Shown here: piece after piece, positions 60,188 through 64,000 of the stretch | How the letters are laid out: each line of letters begins with the position of its first letter | How positions within the stretch are numbered: position 1 is the stretch's first letter | Assembly: GCA_030426725.1 (NCBI GenBank) | Contig: JAUHXZ010000002.1 | Coordinates: 5,673 to 69,672, forward strand | DNA from: Actinomycetes bacterium | GTDB lineage: Bacteria; Actinomycetota; Actinomycetes; Propionibacteriales; Propionibacteriaceae | Direction: 5' to 3' | Length of the DNA stretch: 64,000 bases | Program-made: the position numbers and the translations under genes | The notes under the pieces: generated by a model | Told to the model about the DNA's origin: nothing | The model's input: the letters and a program-made list of their open reading frames with translations, nothing else | The model's database searches: none

Positions 60188-63100
60188 TCAGACTTCGCCG
60201 ACGTCCATGAAGGTGTCGCTGCCGGGGCGGCGGCCGAGGTCGATGCCGAAGTCCTCGGCGGTGCGGATGTCGTCCTCGGTCTCGCGCAGGTCGATGATGC
60301 GGCCGTCGTCGGAGAGGACGTCCACGTTGAGGCAGAGGGACTTCATCTCCTTGACCAGGACCTTGAACGACTCCGGGATGCCGGGCTCGGGGATGTTCTC
60401 GCCCTTGACGATGGCCTCGTAGACCTTCACACGGCCGGGAACGTCGTCCGACTTGATCGTCAGCAGCTCCTGGAGAGCCCATGCGGCGCCGTAGGCCTCG
60501 AGGGCCCACACCTCCATCTCGCCGAACCGCTGGCCGCCGAACTGGGCCTTACCGCCAAGCGGCTGCTGCGTGATCATCGAGTACGGGCCGGTCGAACGCG
60601 CGTGGATCTTGTCGTCGACCAGGTGGTGCAGCTTCAGCATGTACATGTAGCCGACGCCGATCCGCTCCGGGTACATCTCACCGGTGCGACCGTCGAACAG
60701 GCGGGCCTTGCCACCCTCGCCGATCAGCCGGTCGCCGTCGCGGGTCTCGAGGGAGTGGGCCAGCAGACCACTGATCTCCGCCTCGCTCGCGCCGTCGAAC
60801 ACCGGGGTGGCGAGCTTCGAGTCGCCCTCCACGCGGCCGAGGCCGAGCTCCTGGAGCCGCTCGGCCCAGGCCTCCTGGACACCGGTGATGTCCCAGCCGG
60901 TCTTGGCGATCCACCCGAGGTGGTTCTCCAGCACCTGCCCGACGTTCATGCGGGAGGGCACGCCCAGCGGGTTGAGCACGATGTCGACGGGGGTGCCGTC
61001 CTCGAGGAACGGCATGTCCTCGACGGGCAGGATCTTCGAGATGACGCCCTTGTTGCCGTGGCGGCCGGCGAGCTTGTCGCCGTCGGAGATCTTGCGCTTC
61101 TGGGCGACGTGCACGCGCACCAGCTGGTTCACGCCGGGGGGCAGCTCGTCGTCGTCCTCACGGTTGAACACGCGCACGCCGATGACGGTGCCGGACTCGC
61201 CGTGGGGCACCTTGAGGGAGGTGTCGCGGACCTCGCGGGCCTTCTCGCCGAAGATGGCGCGCAGCAGGCGCTCCTCGGGGGTCAGCTCGGTCTCGCCCTT
61301 CGGGGTGACCTTGCCGACGAGGATGTCGCCGGCCGAGACCTCGGCGCCGATGCGCACGATGCCGCGCTCGTCGAGGTCCGCCAGCATCTCGTCGGAGACG
61401 TTGGGGATCTCACGCGTGATCTCCTCGGCGCCCAGCTTCGTGTCGCGGGCGTCGACCTCGTGCTCCTCGATGTGGATCGAGGTGAGGACGTCGTCCTGCA
61501 CGATGCGCTGCGACAGGATGATCGCGTCCTCGTAGTTGAGGCCTTCCCACGGCATGAACGCCACGAGCAGGTTCTTGCCGAGCGCGAGCTCGCCCTGGTC
61601 GGTGCAGGGGCCGTCGGCGAGCGGGGTGCCGACCTCGACGCGCTGACCGGGGTACACCAGCGGGCGCTGGTTGATGCAGGTGCCGGCGTTGGAGCGGACG
61701 AACTTCTCCAGGCGGTACGACTGGTAGGTCGCGTCGTCGTTGGCGATCTCGATGATGTCCGCGGACACGGACTGCACGACGCCCGGCTTCTTGGCCAGGG
61801 TGACGTCGCCGACGTCGACGGCCGCGCGGTACTCCATGCCGGTGCCGACGAAGGGCGACTCGCTCTGCAGCAGCGGCACGGCCTGGCGCTGCATGTTGGC
61901 GCCCATGAGCGCGCGGGACGCGTCGTCGTGCTCGAGGAACGGGATCAGCGCGGTGGCCACCGACACCATCTGGCGGGGCGACACGTCCATGTACTCGACG
62001 TCGTCGCGCGGGATGGTGTCGACGTCGCCGTGCTTGATGCGCACGAGGACGCGGTCCTCGGCGAGGTGTCCGTTCTCGTCGACCACGGCGTTGGCCTGGG
62101 CGATGGAGTAGCGGTCCTCCTCGTCGGCGGTGAGGTACACGACCTCGTCGGTGACCCGACCCTCGACGACCTTGCGGTACGGCGTCTCGATGAAGCCGAA
62201 GGCGTTGACGCGGCCGAAGGAGGCGAGCGAGCCGATGAGGCCGATGTTGGGGCCTTCAGGGGTCTCGATGGGGCACATGCGGCCGTAGTGCGACGGGTGG
62301 ACGTCGCGGACCTCCATGCCGGCGCGGTCACGGGACAGACCGCCGGGGCCGAGCGCCGAGAGGCGACGCTTGTGCGTCAGGCCGGCGAGCGGGTTGTTCT
62401 GGTCCATGAACTGCGACAGCTGCGAGGTGCCGAAGAACTCCTTGAGCGCCGCGGTGACGGGCCGGATGTTGATCAGCGTCTGCGGCGTGATCGCCTCGAT
62501 GTCCTGCGTGGTCATGCGGTCGCGCACGACGCGCTCCATGCGGCCGAGGCCGGTGCGGAGCTGGTTCTGGATCAGCTCGCCGACGGTGCGGAGGCGACGG
62601 TTGCCGAAGTGGTCGATGTCGTCGGCCTCGACGAGGACGTCGCCCAGCATCTCGCGGCGCTCGTGGAGCGCCGCGACGTAGCGGATGGCGGCCGCGATGT
62701 CGTCGTTGGTGAGGACCTGCTGGTCGAACGGCTGGTCGACGCCGAGCTTCTTGTTGATCTTGTACCGGCCGACCTTGGCGAGGTCGTACCGCTTCGGGTT
62801 GAAGTAGTAGTTCTCGATCAGGGCCTGGGCGGCGTCGCGGGCCGGGGGCTCGCCCGGGCGAAGCTTGCGGTAGATGTCGAGGAGGGCCTCGTCCTGCGTC
62901 TTGACGGTGTCCTTCTCGAGGGTCAGGCGGATCGACTCGTACTCGCCGAGTTCCTCGAGGATCCGGTCCTCGCTCCAGCCGAGCGCCTTGAGCAGCACGG
63001 TGACGTTCTGCTTGCGCTTGCGGTCGAGGCGCACGAAGACCATGTCGCGCTTGTCGATCTCGAACTCCAGCCACGCGCCGCGCGACGGGATGAACTTGGC

Positions 63101-63661
63101 GGAGAAGATGTCCTTGTCGGACGTCTTGTCGGGGGTCTGCTCGAAGTAGACGCCCGGGGAACGCACCAGCTGGGACACGACGACGCGCTCGGTGCCGTTG
63201 ATGACGAAGGTGCCGCGGTCGGTCATCAGCGGGAAGTCGCCGATGAAGACGGTCTGGCTCTTGATCTCACCGGTGTCGTTGTTGACGAACTCGGCCGTCA
63301 CGAAGAGCGGGGCGGCGTAGGTGACGTCGCGGTCCTTGCACTCCTCGATCGTCCACTTGGGGCTCTCGAACCGGTGATCGCGGAACGACAGCGACATGGT
63401 CTCGTTGAAGTCCTCGATGGGAGAGATCTCCTCGAAGATCTCCTCGAGACCCGAGCGCGTGTTGACGTCGGTGCGGCCGGCGGCCAGCTGCTCCTCCACC
63501 TTGCGCTTCCAGATGTCGTTCCCGATCAGCCAGTTGTAGGAGTCGATCTGCAGGTCCAGGAGGTTCGGAACCTCGAGTGGCTCATGAATCTTGGCGAAAG
63601 AGATTCGGCCAGTGGACGAGACGACATTGGAGTTCTTCAACGCAGAGCGCGAGGCGGCCAA
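60188..63661 (-). CDS. rpoB: RNA polymerase beta subunit
   Basis: TTG start with SD GGAAGGA; [54 protein letters not shown]. Confidence 0.99.
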   Translation of the reverse strand: MAASRSALKNSNVVSSTGRISFAKIHEPLEVPNLLDLQIDSYNWLIGNDIWKRKVEEQLAAGRTDVNTRSGLEEIFEEISPIEDFNETMSLSFRDHRFESPKWTIEECKDRDVTYAAPLFVTAEFVNNDTGEIKSQTVFIGDFPLMTDRGTFVINGTERVVVSQLVRSPGVYFEQTPDKTSDKDIFSAKFIPSRGAWLEFEIDKRDMVFVRLDRKRKQNVTVLLKALGWSEDRILEELGEYESIRLTLEKDTVKTQDEALLDIYRKLRPGEPPARDAAQALIENYYFNPKRYDLAKVGRYKINKKLGVDQPFDQQVLTNDDIAAAIRYVAALHERREMLGDVLVEADDIDHFGNRRLRTVGELIQNQLRTGLGRMERVVRDRMTTQDIEAITPQTLINIRPVTAALKEFFGTSQLSQFMDQNNPLAGLTHKRRLSALGPGGLSRDRAGMEVRDVHPSHYGRMCPIETPEGPNIGLIGSLASFGRVNAFGFIETPYRKVVEGRVTDEVVYLTADEEDRYSIAQANAVVDENGHLAEDRVLVRIKHGDVDTIPRDDVEYMDVSPRQMVSVATALIPFLEHDDASRALMGANMQRQAVPLLQSESPFVGTGMEYRAAVDVGDVTLAKKPGVVQSVSADIIEIANDDATYQSYRLEKFVRSNAGTCINQRPLVYPGQRVEVGTPLADGPCTDQGELALGKNLLVAFMPWEGLNYEDAIILSQRIVQDDVLTSIHIEEHEVDARDTKLGAEEITREIPNVSDEMLADLDERGIVRIGAEVSAGDILVGKVTPKGETELTPEERLLRAIFGEKAREVRDTSLKVPHGESGTVIGVRVFNREDDDELPPGVNQLVRVHVAQKRKISDGDKLAGRHGNKGVISKILPVEDMPFLEDGTPVDIVLNPLGVPSRMNVGQVLENHLGWIAKTGWDITGVQEAWAERLQELGLGRVEGDSKLATPVFDGASEAEISGLLAHSLETRDGDRLIGEGGKARLFDGRTGEMYPERIGVGYMYMLKLHHLVDDKIHARSTGPYSMITQQPLGGKAQFGGQRFGEMEVWALEAYGAAWALQELLTIKSDDVPGRVKVYEAIVKGENIPEPGIPESFKVLVKEMKSLCLNVDVLSDDGRIIDLRETEDDIRTAEDFGIDLGRRPGSDTFMDVGEV

Positions 63662-63755
63662 GATACGGTCCTTCCAAGAACGCTTGAAGCTGTTTACTGC
63701 GCAACGAAGCGCCCGTGTCAATCAACGGGTACAGCGCATAGCAGGGCAAACAACT

Positions 63756-63784
63756 ACTATAGGGCAATCCTGGCAAGACAGCAA
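63756..63784 (-). promoter_or_regulatory. rpoBC promoter
   Basis: TTGCTG-N17-TATAGT. Confidence 0.6.
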
Positions 63785-63900
63785 CTACCGCAGGCCGAGC
63801 CCGGGCCCTGCGGTGCCAGCCGGTCGTCGTTGACCGTTGGCGATGATGATACAGCGACCGCGCCGGGCCGCAACCCCGCCCCACGTCCAGGAACGGAACC

Positions 63901-63930
63901 GCGGCCCGCCCCCTGACGGGGACGGGCCGC
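63901..63930 (-). terminator. Hairpin after rplL
   Basis: GCGGCCCG-CCCC/GGGG-A-CGGGCCGC. Confidence 0.7.
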
Positions 63931-63955
63931 GGCGTGATTCGACCGTGGGGTCAGA

Positions 63956-64000
63956 TCACTTGAACTCGACGGAGCCGCCGGCGGCCTCGAGGGCCTCCTT
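63956..64000 (-). CDS. rplL: 50S ribosomal protein L7/L12, 3' end only
   Basis: KEALEAAGGSVEFK-stop; expected position upstream of rpoB. Confidence 0.9.
   Translation of the reverse strand, partial: KEALEAAGGSVEFK

Noticed and set aside
62350-62420. Ala instead of Ser in the rifampicin cluster of RpoB ([12 protein letters not shown])
   Set aside because: Ala occurs naturally at this site in rifampicin-sensitive bacteria such as B. subtilis; the key Q, D, H, R and S residues are wild type.
60602-63916. Very long plus-strand ORFs opposite core genes (also 1857-4934, 34545-36968, 52626-55022, 55845-59462)
   Set aside because: Antisense shadows of high-GC3 coding sequence; no recognisable domains; they mirror conserved genes.

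Overview
High-GC actinobacterial chromosome segment; ribosomal-protein features and the presence of glnS suggest Propionibacteriales (inference). It holds the core transcription/translation supercluster, all on the minus strand: rplL(3' end)-rpoBC, rpsL-rpsG-fusA-tuf, S10, spc-secY-adk-map, and infA-rpmJ-rpsMKD-rpoA-rplQ. Three accessory inserts interrupt it. (1) tuf/S10, ~18 kb: GNAT, glnS, DUF4112, gltX, hsp20 with three HAIR operators, SRPBCC, glutathionyl-hydroquinone reductase, methyltransferase, SF2 helicase, photolyase, GH2 beta-galactosidase, pflBA. (2) S10/spc, ~8 kb: OpuA-type betaine ABC transporter, a MacB/FtsX-type fused ABC protein, and a repeat-flanked nuclease-like relic. (3) map/infA, ~6.5 kb: a DUF1707 membrane protein, three tandem HExxH metallopeptidases, a PfkB kinase and a GH4 glycosidase. 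The left end carries a CcdA/thioredoxin pair and an ABC substrate-binding lipoprotein. No rRNA, tRNA or CRISPR array was seen. The most notable unexplained structures are: a dispersed ~230-nt two-domain structured repeat (3 loci, with a completely swapped but structure-preserving hairpin and locus-specific 3x102-bp amplification); two covarying S8-site-like hairpins before rplN and rpsH; and a 5'-truncated AbiEi/DUF559-like gene bracketed by palindromic direct repeats. All assignments come from reading motifs by eye; no database searches were run.
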